NCBI GenBank assembly: GCA_031459875.1
Contig: JAVKHQ010000034.1
Coordinates: 1 to 28,286 of the forward strand
DNA: 28,286 nucleotides
From: Candidatus Fervidifonticultor sextus
GTDB taxonomy: Bacteria > Sysuimicrobiota > Sysuimicrobiia > Sysuimicrobiales > Humicultoraceae
Reading direction: 5' to 3'
A model generated the notes under the pieces. The model saw only the letters and a program-made list of their open reading frames with translations, was not told the origin of the DNA and made no database searches. The position numbers and the translations under genes are program-made. How positions within the stretch are numbered: the stretch's first letter is position 1; each line of letters starts with the position of its first letter. Positions 1-7,214 of the stretch are shown piece by piece.

Positions 1-1370
1 GTGGGGGCCTGGTGGCCGTAGAGGTTGGTGCCCCGCTTGTCGGCGGCGATGGCGAGTTCAAGCAGCGGTTCGAGATTGTACACGTGGTAGTGCAGGGCGT
101 CCCGCTGGTGAAAGTCCAGACTGCTGCCGTCGGGCCGGAGGTTCTGCGCAACCTGTGCCCGGTAGCCGTCCTCGGCGTACCGAATGAACCTGGAATCACC
201 GAGCGTGTAGCCGATCAGCCCGACAATCTTCAGTCGGTGACTGTACCAGTTGTTGGGCTGGTTGATTTCCCACTGGGGGCGCCTCTCGATCTGGAGAGAT
301 GCCATGCGGTTGAGCCAGCGCTCAACCGAGGTGCGCGTCGAGGACGGGATCGCCTCAGATACAAGGCTGAGCCCCCGGACCAGTCGGGAGATCTCGGTCT
401 CGTTTATGGGATTTCCATCCGGCTGGTTGATGCTCGCCCATGCCTCCATGTAGACGCCCGCACGCTCAGCGAAACGGATGTCTCCGGTTGCAGCGTATGC
501 ATGGCCCAGAGCCTCGATTCTCCGCACGTCCCGGTGGAACCGGGCGCTGAGCTGGGCACGAGGGTCGGTCGGTAGGAGTCCCTCCACCTGGATCCGCTGC
601 AGGGGCGCGGGCGGCTCGTCTATGGCTTCCTCGGCCAGACGGAAACTGGGGCCGTAAAGTCGCCGCGCCTCGGCGTCGCCTGCCAGGCGGCGTCGCAGTT
701 CCGCAGCCTCGCAGGGCGTCAGGGCAACCGGCCGCGCGAAGGTTGGGACAGGCCGCTGTGCCGTGTCTCGCAGCGCCTGCAACACCACGACGTCCCCCTC
801 GCACGCGCTGTAGGCGCCGGGCCTCTCCACGCCGATGGCCAGGACTCTTCGGTCGGTTTGGCTGATGCGGACCATGAGCCCGGCATACGAGTACTGAACC
901 AAGGGAATGTCGATGGTGCCCTGGCGCTCGGTCCATTCCGAGGTGGCCTCGGGGCGTCCCAGGATTCTGCGGACCTCGGCCTCGTCAGCGCCGACACCGA
1001 GCCCGTCGGCGGTCCTGTACTTCGCCGCCTCCACTTCGGCCTCGGGTCGGTCCAGCCGCCGGTACGCGAAGATGCCAATGGCAAGTCCGCTGCTCCGGCA
1101 GGTGTCGAACCGCACTCCGTGAGCGACGAAGATATGGTAATCGCGGAACGGAATGCCGCGGGCGGTCGTGATGGTGCCCTGCCAGGTCGGCTGGCCCAGA
1201 CCATAGGCCTCCAGGGGGCGGCCCAGCTCGAATCTCCCGATCCGCTGCCCGGGGACGATACGATAGTCGTTCTCCTGAGCCGTGCCGACCTGGATAGACC
1301 ATCCAAGGAGCCCGACGAGGAAAACGATGAGAAAGCCAACAATAGGCACCCGCCGATCAACCTGGCTCAT
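1..1370 (-). CDS. Secreted alginate lyase family (PF05426-like, alpha/alpha toroid) protein with an extra N-terminal domain; 3' end truncated by the window edge
   Basis: Translated by hand; absent from the ORF track because the stop lies outside the window. ATG at 1370 with GGAGG SD; open for 456 codons to base 3. Signal peptide MSQVDRRVPIVGFLIVFLVGLLGWSIQVGTA|Q. Lyase-type motifs DGNPINET, NNWYSH (237-254) and DGSSLDFHQRDALHYHVYNLEPL (RDALHYH at 84-104). Confidence 0.85.
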   Translation of the reverse strand, partial: MSQVDRRVPIVGFLIVFLVGLLGWSIQVGTAQENDYRIVPGQRIGRFELGRPLEAYGLGQPTWQGTITTARGIPFRDYHIFVAHGVRFDTCRSSGLAIGIFAYRRLDRPEAEVEAAKYRTADGLGVGADEAEVRRILGRPEATSEWTERQGTIDIPLVQYSYAGLMVRISQTDRRVLAIGVERPGAYSACEGDVVVLQALRDTAQRPVPTFARPVALTPCEAAELRRRLAGDAEARRLYGPSFRLAEEAIDEPPAPLQRIQVEGLLPTDPRAQLSARFHRDVRRIEALGHAYAATGDIRFAERAGVYMEAWASINQPDGNPINETEISRLVRGLSLVSEAIPSSTRTSVERWLNRMASLQIERRPQWEINQPNNWYSHRLKIVGLIGYTLGDSRFIRYAEDGYRAQVAQNLRPDGSSLDFHQRDALHYHVYNLEPLLELAIAADKRGTNLYGHQAP

Positions 1371-1428
1371 CGAACCCCCCTCCAGCCTTCTTCCTCGCCT
1401 GTCACCGGAAGCGTCAGCCGGACTTCCG

Positions 1429-2307
1429 TCAAGACGACGGCAACGCCTGCAGGAGCCTCCGTGTCTCACCCGCAAACTCGCCGCCCGGTGCCAGCTCCAG
1501 ATAGCGTTCGAACGCCCGGCGGGCGTCCAGCAGATACCGGCGGCGCGCCGCGGGGCTGGTGAAGCCCTCGGCGATGCGCATATTGACCAGGCCAAGCCAG
1601 TAGAAGGCCTGGGCATACCTCGGCGCATCCGTTGTGAGGGCCTGCAGGGTGGTCAGGGCTTCGGTATAGCGCTCACGCCGGTAAAGCAACACGGCCACTT
1701 TCAACGTCAACTCGGGGTCCCGGCGCTGCGTCAGCATGCGCTGGTAGACGTCGATCAGCGCCGTCTCTGCCAACCCGGAGAATCCTCCCGCTTCGATCGA
1801 TGCCGCCTCGTTCAGCCAGCGGGCCGCCTCCTCCAGGTTGCCCAGCCGCTCATGGGCGAGGCCGACATAGTAGGCGACCGTGGCCAGATCCCCGGGTGTC
1901 ACGAATGGTCTGGCGCTTTGGCCCTCTTCGACGGTTGCTGAGTAGTCGCCCAGCTTGAAAAGGACGTACACGAGCCAAGCACGGACATCTCCCCGGCGGG
2001 GGGCGATCTCCTTGGCCTTCCGGAACACCGTCCTGGCCTCTTCGAATCTGTCGAGGACTGCCAGCAGTTTGCTCAGCTTAAGGTAGGCTTCGACAAACTG
2101 GGAATATGCTTCTATGGTTTTGAGGTAGAGGTCAATGGCTTTGTGAGCGTCGCCCTCGGCGTGGGCCTGGCGGGCCTGCTCGAAGAACTGCTGGGCCTGC
2201 GGGTTGGAAGGCTGTGAAAAGGCCGGCTTTATCGCCAGCATGGTGGCGAGGATCACCAGCGACATCAACGCCCCCGTGTACTTCACTGGCATGCTGCAAC
2301 GGTACAT
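1429..2307 (-). CDS. Secreted tetratricopeptide repeat protein
   Basis: Hydrophobic signal (LMSLVILATMLAIKPAFS|Q) followed by several TPR-like units (AIDLYLKTIEAYSQFVEAY, AYYVGLAHERLGNLEEA, AFYWLGLVN, AFERYLELAPGG). Start could be 2307 or 2292. Confidence 0.85.
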   Translation of the reverse strand: MYRCSMPVKYTGALMSLVILATMLAIKPAFSQPSNPQAQQFFEQARQAHAEGDAHKAIDLYLKTIEAYSQFVEAYLKLSKLLAVLDRFEEARTVFRKAKEIAPRRGDVRAWLVYVLFKLGDYSATVEEGQSARPFVTPGDLATVAYYVGLAHERLGNLEEAARWLNEAASIEAGGFSGLAETALIDVYQRMLTQRRDPELTLKVAVLLYRRERYTEALTTLQALTTDAPRYAQAFYWLGLVNMRIAEGFTSPAARRRYLLDARRAFERYLELAPGGEFAGETRRLLQALPSS

Positions 2308-2311
2308 CGCA

Positions 2312-2737
2312 CTACACAGTCGGCCCTGTCTGCTCCAGCCTCCCTGGACGTTGCGTCCGCAGCACCTCGACGATCTCGCGCGTATTGTTCGCGATCACCA
2401 CCGTGAGGCTCAGGCTTTCCAAAAGCAGCCCCGCCAGCCAGACCCAGGCAAACGCGACGAGTCCACCGAGCAAGAGGCTCCCGAGAAATGCGCCGAGGCC
2501 CTTCTGGAGCCCAAACAAGCCGATGAAGACGAACACGACGAGAATCGCCAGGGCTGCCACCGCGATGAGAATCCGTCCGGCCACCAGCAACCAGTTGAGG
2601 AAGGGAAGGCTTTCCTCACGACCCCCTCCAAGGCTGCCCTGTGCACCAATCTCCGCAAGCTTCGCGCCAGTCCCCAGGACGTAGGTCACTGGCAGGCGGA
2701 CAAACGAGACGATCACGATCCACAAACCGCTCAGCAT
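2312..2737 (-). CDS. Hypothetical membrane protein (141 aa, about 3 TM segments)
   Basis: ATG at 2737 preceded by GAAGGGGG; hydrophobic helices; sits between the csgG-like and TPR genes, 4 nt from the TPR start. Confidence 0.7.
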   Translation of the reverse strand: MLSGLWIVIVSFVRLPVTYVLGTGAKLAEIGAQGSLGGGREESLPFLNWLLVAGRILIAVAALAILVVFVFIGLFGLQKGLGAFLGSLLLGGLVAFAWVWLAGLLLESLSLTVVIANNTREIVEVLRTQRPGRLEQTGPTV

Positions 2738-2855
2738 GGGACGAGCCCCCTTCGCTTCTTCGTAGGCGATGTGCTGCATGCAGACCGAGGCCACACCGAC
2801 GCAAGAGTCCCCGGGACGTAAGAGCGTAGCCGATCGGCCGGCCCTCGAGCCCAAC

Positions 2856-4538
2856 CTACCTCTGGAGCGTTTGCCCCAGCTTCGTCACCAGATCCTCCAC
2901 CGCCTGATCCAGCGCCCGCCCCAGCACAGTCTTGCTGAACTCGGCGCCGCCGAAGGCGACATTCTGGAATACCGCAAGGGCCATTGTCCCTTCCGCCTTC
3001 CCGGTCCCGCGAGCGATTCCGATGATCTCTCCCGTCGTCGTGTCGATCACCCGCGCCGTCAGCTGGACCTGGGCCTGGTACAGGGCGACGGCCACCACCG
3101 GCAACGCGACCCCGCCGGCAGCCTTCAACTCGAACTGGTTGACAGTACCAGCAATCAGCGCCTGAACTCCCAGCACACGACCCAGTCGCGCCGCCGTCGC
3201 CTGGTCGACGGTGCCTGTGCGCCCGATCCCCTGCTCTCTCAACACAGCATCCAGCGCCCGGCGTTCGATCACGCGGTAGCGCCCCGTTCTGAACAGCGAC
3301 TCCTCGACAATCTCCGTGACCCCAAGCGAGATATCCCACCGCTGCGCCCAGGACGGGCTGGTAAAGCCGAGCTGGAAGGGGAGGATGGCAATCCGCAGGC
3401 GGTCGGGCTGGGCCGGTGAGGCTGCAGGGGTGGGGGCCGCAGGCTGGGGCGCAGGGGCCGCCGGCGTCGCCGCCGGGGCGGGTTGGACTGCGGGTGGCTG
3501 GGCCGCAGGGGCCGGCTGGGCCACGGGCGGGACGGGAGGAGCCTGGAGCGAGGCAATCCGCGGCAGGATCGCATCCACCACCAGGTCGGCCGCCTTGCCC
3601 AAGGCCTCCTTGGCCGCGACGCTTTCGCCGATGTCGGCGGCGGACGCTGTGGCCGCCTCGCTGGCCACGATGCGACCGGTAGCCGCCACGATGACCCGGA
3701 CCTGCACCCGCGCCCTCGCCGATATCAGGGTGGGGCCGCCCACCGGCGCAGGTGGCGGTCCCCCGGGCTGGGCAGGAGGGGGCGGCGCCGCCGCTGGTCC
3801 GATCGCCTCACTGAACGCCTGCCCAACAATCAGGACGTCGGCACGGTACCGGTTGCCAAGAGACTGGGTCAACTGCTGGGTCGGGGAGCTCCAGAGCTGC
3901 TGGACCTGGGGCGTCTCCCTGATCTGGGCCACCTCTTTCTGGTCGACAACTCTGTAGCCAGCTTCGATGAGCCGCTTGATGAGTTGCGTCTCGGCAGCCG
4001 GGTCTGGGACCCCCGGTTTCCCCAGGTGCGTCTCAGGGATCACGACCATGAGAACCAGCGGTCTGGGCGTCGGCGTGGCCGCAGGAGTCGCCTGGGTCGG
4101 GAACGGGGCGGCGGGCTGCGCGACTCTGGCCACATCGGTGCGAAGCGGGACCTGCGCGGTCACCAGCGCGTTGGTAAGTGCATCCATGCGGACCGCTGCC
4201 TGCACACGGATGACGAAGTATCCCCTCGATGGCCCTCGGAGCAACACCGTGTAGCCGGTAATGTAGTTTCGCGGACGCGCCAGAATCTTGTTGACTTCGG
4301 CGGCATATTCGACCTTGACGGCGGGCTCGACCAGCGTATTGATCGCCGCCTCCAGCGCGAACCGCAATGCGGCTTCCAGGGCCCGCTGCTGAGCGAGGTT
4401 AATGTTCCCCCCGATGATCCTGGCCTGGCCGGTGGCGACAAACGCCTGTGTTTGAGCCAGGGCAGGTTGGTCTCGCAGTGCAGGAATCGTGAGTACCGCG
4501 AGGACCGCGATGACGAGCCACCTTCGGCTTGCTCTCAT
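2856..4538 (-). CDS. Secreted multidomain protein: FlgT N-terminal-like domain, middle alpha/beta domain, C-terminal CsgG/HfaB-family domain, with Pro/Ala-rich linkers
   Basis: ATG 4538 with GGGGAGGGG SD; signal peptide ending QPALA|Q. ATGQARIIGGNINLAQQRALEAALRFALE is FlgT_N-like. LRIAILPF...LFRTGRYRVIERRALDAVLREQ...DQATAARLGRVLGVQALIAGTVNQF...TARVIDTTTGEII is CsgG-like. Confidence 0.8.
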   Translation of the reverse strand: MRASRRWLVIAVLAVLTIPALRDQPALAQTQAFVATGQARIIGGNINLAQQRALEAALRFALEAAINTLVEPAVKVEYAAEVNKILARPRNYITGYTVLLRGPSRGYFVIRVQAAVRMDALTNALVTAQVPLRTDVARVAQPAAPFPTQATPAATPTPRPLVLMVVIPETHLGKPGVPDPAAETQLIKRLIEAGYRVVDQKEVAQIRETPQVQQLWSSPTQQLTQSLGNRYRADVLIVGQAFSEAIGPAAAPPPPAQPGGPPPAPVGGPTLISARARVQVRVIVAATGRIVASEAATASAADIGESVAAKEALGKAADLVVDAILPRIASLQAPPVPPVAQPAPAAQPPAVQPAPAATPAAPAPQPAAPTPAASPAQPDRLRIAILPFQLGFTSPSWAQRWDISLGVTEIVEESLFRTGRYRVIERRALDAVLREQGIGRTGTVDQATAARLGRVLGVQALIAGTVNQFELKAAGGVALPVVAVALYQAQVQLTARVIDTTTGEIIGIARGTGKAEGTMALAVFQNVAFGGAEFSKTVLGRALDQAVEDLVTKLGQTLQR

Positions 4539-4850
4539 GGAAGTCCCCTCCCCGACGCGTCGGTTGCTGGTGGAACAGCCCTGAGTCGACTGAAACAATC
4601 GCAACCGGCAGCCCCGCGGGATGTGAATTCATCTTGTGATTGAGGCGCGGCTCGCGCAGGCAGGGTCAGATGCAGTTCTCAGCAAGTCAGACGTTTCTGT
4701 AGGGGCGACACGCGGTGGAGATCCCTTGGGAGTCCGTACACATCATCCCGTCACGCATTGGATCTCTGCGGCGGGACCCCGGTAATCTGCATCACCACCT
4801 TGCCGTTAACCGATCTGAGTCTGTCTTGCAACTCTTGACATTGCGGCGCA

Positions 4851-4878
4851 ATTCGACGGGACGACCCCATCCTCCTTC
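4851..4878 (-). promoter_or_regulatory. SigH-like promoter (GAAGGA-N18-GAAT) facing the csgG-like operon
   Basis: Minus strand reads GAAGGA ggatggggtcgtcccgtc GAAT, matching the Bacillus SigH consensus RNAGGA-N17/18-GAAT. Confidence 0.55.
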
Positions 4879-4969
4879 AGTTCTCCGCCCGCTGAATCGT
4901 CTTCTCGACTCCGCATCAGGTCGGGCTGACGTGCAGGCCAGGGACACGCAGTGGCCCGGCCCGATCCAT

Positions 4970-4996
4970 GCAGGGATTTCACGCCCGCCGCGGAAT
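4970..4996 (+). promoter_or_regulatory. SigH-like promoter (GCAGGG-N17-GAAT) upstream of HU
   Basis: GCAGGG atttcacgcccgccgcg GAAT, ending 36 nt before the HU ATG. Confidence 0.55.
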
Positions 4997-5032
4997 CGCC
5001 AACTCCGAAGACCTGACGCGGGAGGTGGATGC

Positions 5033-5320
5033 ATGGCAAAGCCGATGACGAAGGCGAAGACCGCCGACTACCTCGCGGGGAAGGTTGGCGTCACCAAGAA
5101 GGTCGCCAACCAGTTCCTGGAGGAACTGGCCCATCTGGCCTACCGGGAGGCGAAGAACTCGTTTACGATCCCGGGCATCGGGAAACTGGTTCTGGTCAAC
5201 CGCAAGGCCAGGATGGGACGCAACCCGCAGACGGGTGAGCCGATCAAGATTCCGGCCCGACGCGTCGTCCGCTTCCGCGTCGCCAAGGCCGCCAAGGACG
5301 CCATCCTCGGCGGGCGGTAG
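5033..5320 (+). CDS. hup: HU family DNA-binding protein (95 aa)
   Basis: GGAGGT SD; MAKPMTK...FTIPGIGKL...RKARMGRNPQTGEPIKIPARRVVRFR with the canonical GRNPxTG intercalating arm. Confidence 0.95.
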   Translation: MAKPMTKAKTADYLAGKVGVTKKVANQFLEELAHLAYREAKNSFTIPGIGKLVLVNRKARMGRNPQTGEPIKIPARRVVRFRVAKAAKDAILGGR

Positions 5321-5347
5321 TCGTCTGCCTGCACGCACCCAGACAGC

Positions 5348-5374
5348 GGCGGGCGCGGGACCACCGCGCCCGCC
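5348..5374 (+). terminator. GC-rich hairpin downstream of HU (probable terminator or RNA-stability stem, no U-tract)
   Basis: Perfect 11-bp stem GGCGGGCGCGG / CCGCGCCCGCC with loop GACCA; extendable by AGACA (5341-5345) / TGTCT (5382-5386). Confidence 0.55.
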
Positions 5375-5529
5375 AGACCGGTGTCTGCATCCGTTTCGTC
5401 CTCGCGCCGTATCCGGATGACCGCATTGAGGGGATAGAATCCCGCGCCCCCTTCATCTGCGCTCATCCCCCGTCTCGCCCCCGGGGGCCATGGATCCAGA
5501 CGTGACCGGCCCAGCGCGGAAGCAGGGCG

Positions 5530-5557
5530 GCAGGGGCCGTCCGGCACGGCGTGGAAC
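5530..5557 (+). promoter_or_regulatory. SigH-like promoter (GCAGGG-N18-GAAC)
   Basis: GCAGGG gccgtccggcacggcgtg GAAC, ending 26 nt before the ATG at 5584. Confidence 0.4.
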
Positions 5558-5583
5558 GTCCTCTCCAGGAGCCCGTTCGGGAC

Positions 5584-5979
5584 ATGGAGACCGTTCACGC
5601 CGCGCCGGTCCTGCTGTTCGGGCCCATGGTGGGGTACGCGCTCCTCGCGGTGATCGCAGGCGTCAGTGCGGTCGGGCGTCGGTCATTGCCGCCGTGGTTC
5701 TGGACTCTCAGCCTCGTCGCACTGCTCCTGGTCACCCTGCAGGTGCTGGTCGGTGCCGGCCTGTTCCTGGGGGGGACCCGACCCCGCCGCGGCCTGCACC
5801 TGCTCTACGGCGCCCTTGTGCTGGCGGTCGGGCTCATCCAGTACGGGCTGCGACCGGGCGGGTTCTTCCGCCGGACGTTCGCCCGCGAACTCACCTGGGG
5901 CGAGGCCCGCACCGTGGCCCTGCTCTCGCTCACGCAGGCTGCCCTGATCGCGCGCGCGTGGATGACCGGAGGGCGTTAG
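5584..5979 (+). CDS. Hypothetical membrane protein (about 4 TM segments)
   Basis: Four hydrophobic stretches, including LLVTLQVLVGAGLF and LHLLYGALVLAVG; GC-biased codon usage; start 5584 (alternative GTG 5551). Confidence 0.7.
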   Translation: METVHAAPVLLFGPMVGYALLAVIAGVSAVGRRSLPPWFWTLSLVALLLVTLQVLVGAGLFLGGTRPRRGLHLLYGALVLAVGLIQYGLRPGGFFRRTFARELTWGEARTVALLSLTQAALIARAWMTGGR

Positions 5980-6007
5980 TCAGCAACCCCAGGAGAGGAG
6001 GCGAGAC

Positions 6008-6481
6008 ATGCGCGGACGTGAACGTCTCGAGGCCTACCTTCGCGAGCAGGGCGTCCGGTACGAGGTCACGCCGCACCCCGAAGCCTACACCGCCCAGGAA
6101 GTCGCCGCCGCCGAGCACGTGCCGGGCCGGCAGTTCGCCAAGGTCGTCATCGCCGACGTGGACGGCCAGCAGGTGATGCTGGTGCTGCCGGCGGCCGCCC
6201 GCGTGGACCTCGTGCGCCTGCGGGTGGCCCTGGGAGCCAAGGTCGCCCGGTTGGCCCGCGAGGAGGAGTTCGCCGCCAGGTTCCCCGACTGCGAGACCGG
6301 GGCGATGCCGCCCTTTGGGAACCTGTACGGGATACCCGTATACATGGACCGCAGCCTTCAAGAGCAACCGCGGGTGGTGTTCAACGCCTGCTCCCATCGG
6401 GAGACGATCGCGCTCGCGACGGCCGACTACGTGCGGCTGGCCGGCCCCAAGGTGATCGAGTTTACGGTCCCGCACGCGTAG
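6008..6481 (+). CDS. YbaK/EbsC/ProXp family aminoacyl-tRNA deacylase
   Basis: AGGAGAGGAGG SD; HPEAYTAQEVA, conserved Lys in FAKVVI, DCETGAMPPFG, VVFNACSH. Confidence 0.92.
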   Translation: MRGRERLEAYLREQGVRYEVTPHPEAYTAQEVAAAEHVPGRQFAKVVIADVDGQQVMLVLPAAARVDLVRLRVALGAKVARLAREEEFAARFPDCETGAMPPFGNLYGIPVYMDRSLQEQPRVVFNACSHRETIALATADYVRLAGPKVIEFTVPHA

Positions 6482-6514
6482 GTGATCGCGCGGATCCCAT
6501 GGGAGGTGGCGGAG

Positions 6515-6769
6515 ATGAGAGGCGACCGCCGGCTGGAGCCCGGCGAGCGTCGGCACGGCTTCGTGCTGCCCGTGCCGCACACGCGCTCTGCGAGGAAGTC
6601 CCTGCACATGTACCTCACTACGCTCCGCCCGCACGTCCACGACATCGTTGCGACCCTCAAGGTCCCCGACGAGATCCTGCGGCCGGGGACCCCGGCCCGG
6701 GAGGTGGGTGCCGCCTACCTGTCGGCCTTCCTGGACGAACTCAGCGTGCACCTGTTGAACCGTGAGTGA
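6515..6769 (+). CDS. Hypothetical protein (84 aa)
   Basis: GGGAGGT SD ahead of ATG 6515; GC-biased codons; fills the gap after ybaK; no recognisable motif. Confidence 0.6.
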   Translation: MRGDRRLEPGERRHGFVLPVPHTRSARKSLHMYLTTLRPHVHDIVATLKVPDEILRPGTPAREVGAAYLSAFLDELSVHLLNRE

Positions 6770-7157
6770 CACCTCAGGCCTGCCCGCGGCTTTGCGGCCG
6801 GCCAGGCGGTGGCCTGGCCGGCCGCTGTTGGCCTCGCGCCTGCGCGCGATCCTGCGCCGCGAATTCGGCGCCACCGACGCGTGGGTCGTCCACACGCCCG
6901 GTCGCTGTCGGCTCGAAGCCCGCATCGGCTCGCGCGTCGTCATCCTGCTCGAGGGCGACGAGCAGGCCTTCTGGGCGCCGTTCTACACCACCACCGTCCG
7001 CACCAGGTACGAAGGGGGGGGACCGGTGTCCGTCCCGGTGCCCACGCAGCGCCGCCGCGGTGAACTGGTGGAGCTCGTCCGGACGCTGTGGGCCAGGGCG
7101 AACGCCGCGGCAGGACCGCCGGCCCGCCAAGAGGGGCCGTCCCGTCCCTCAAATTGA
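6762..7157 (+). CDS. Hypothetical protein (131 aa)
   Basis: GTG start overlaps the previous gene by 8 nt; plausible globular core (EFGATDAWVVH...VVILLEGDEQAFWAPFY); ends at the next promoter. Confidence 0.55.
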   Translation: MSDTSGLPAALRPARRWPGRPLLASRLRAILRREFGATDAWVVHTPGRCRLEARIGSRVVILLEGDEQAFWAPFYTTTVRTRYEGGGPVSVPVPTQRRRGELVELVRTLWARANAAAGPPARQEGPSRPSN

Positions 7158-7182
7158 CCCCACCCCCGCGGTGTCCTACAAT
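7154..7182 (+). promoter_or_regulatory. Sigma70-type promoter TTGACC-N17-TACAAT
   Basis: TTGACC at 7154-7159, exact 17-nt spacer, TACAAT at 7177-7182; each box matches consensus 5/6 in a 70% GC background. Confidence 0.8.
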
Positions 7183-7214
7183 GGCCAGGGCCACGCTCCC
7201 CTGAGGGTCGTTGC

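Noticed and set aside
12..1562. Listed ORFs over the first 1.5 kb (12-575, 466-936, 719-1360, 858-1562)
   Set aside because: All overlap the real minus-strand lyase gene starting at 1370, which has an SD, a signal peptide and family motifs.
3400..3800. Repetitive GC-rich DNA resembling a tandem repeat or CRISPR array
   Set aside because: Encodes the Pro/Ala/Gln linkers of the CsgG-like protein; no fixed repeat-spacer periodicity. The recurring TGGTCGCC/WSPDG units in the S9 genes are likewise protein propeller repeats.
4835..4840. Perfect TTGACA upstream of HU
   Set aside because: No -10-like hexamer 16-19 nt downstream (GGGACG), so not called as a promoter.
4751..4870. 39-aa minus-strand ORF (MGSSRRIAPQ...) directly after AAGGAGG
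   Set aside because: Zero spacing between SD and ATG; the purine run is better explained as the -35 of the SigH-like promoter.
5303..5318. 16-nt sequence ATCCTCGGCGGGCGGT shared by the ends of HU and the AfuA-like gene (15635-15650), both ending ILGGR
   Set aside because: About one such match is expected by chance in 28 kb at this GC content; no integrase or other sign of att sites.
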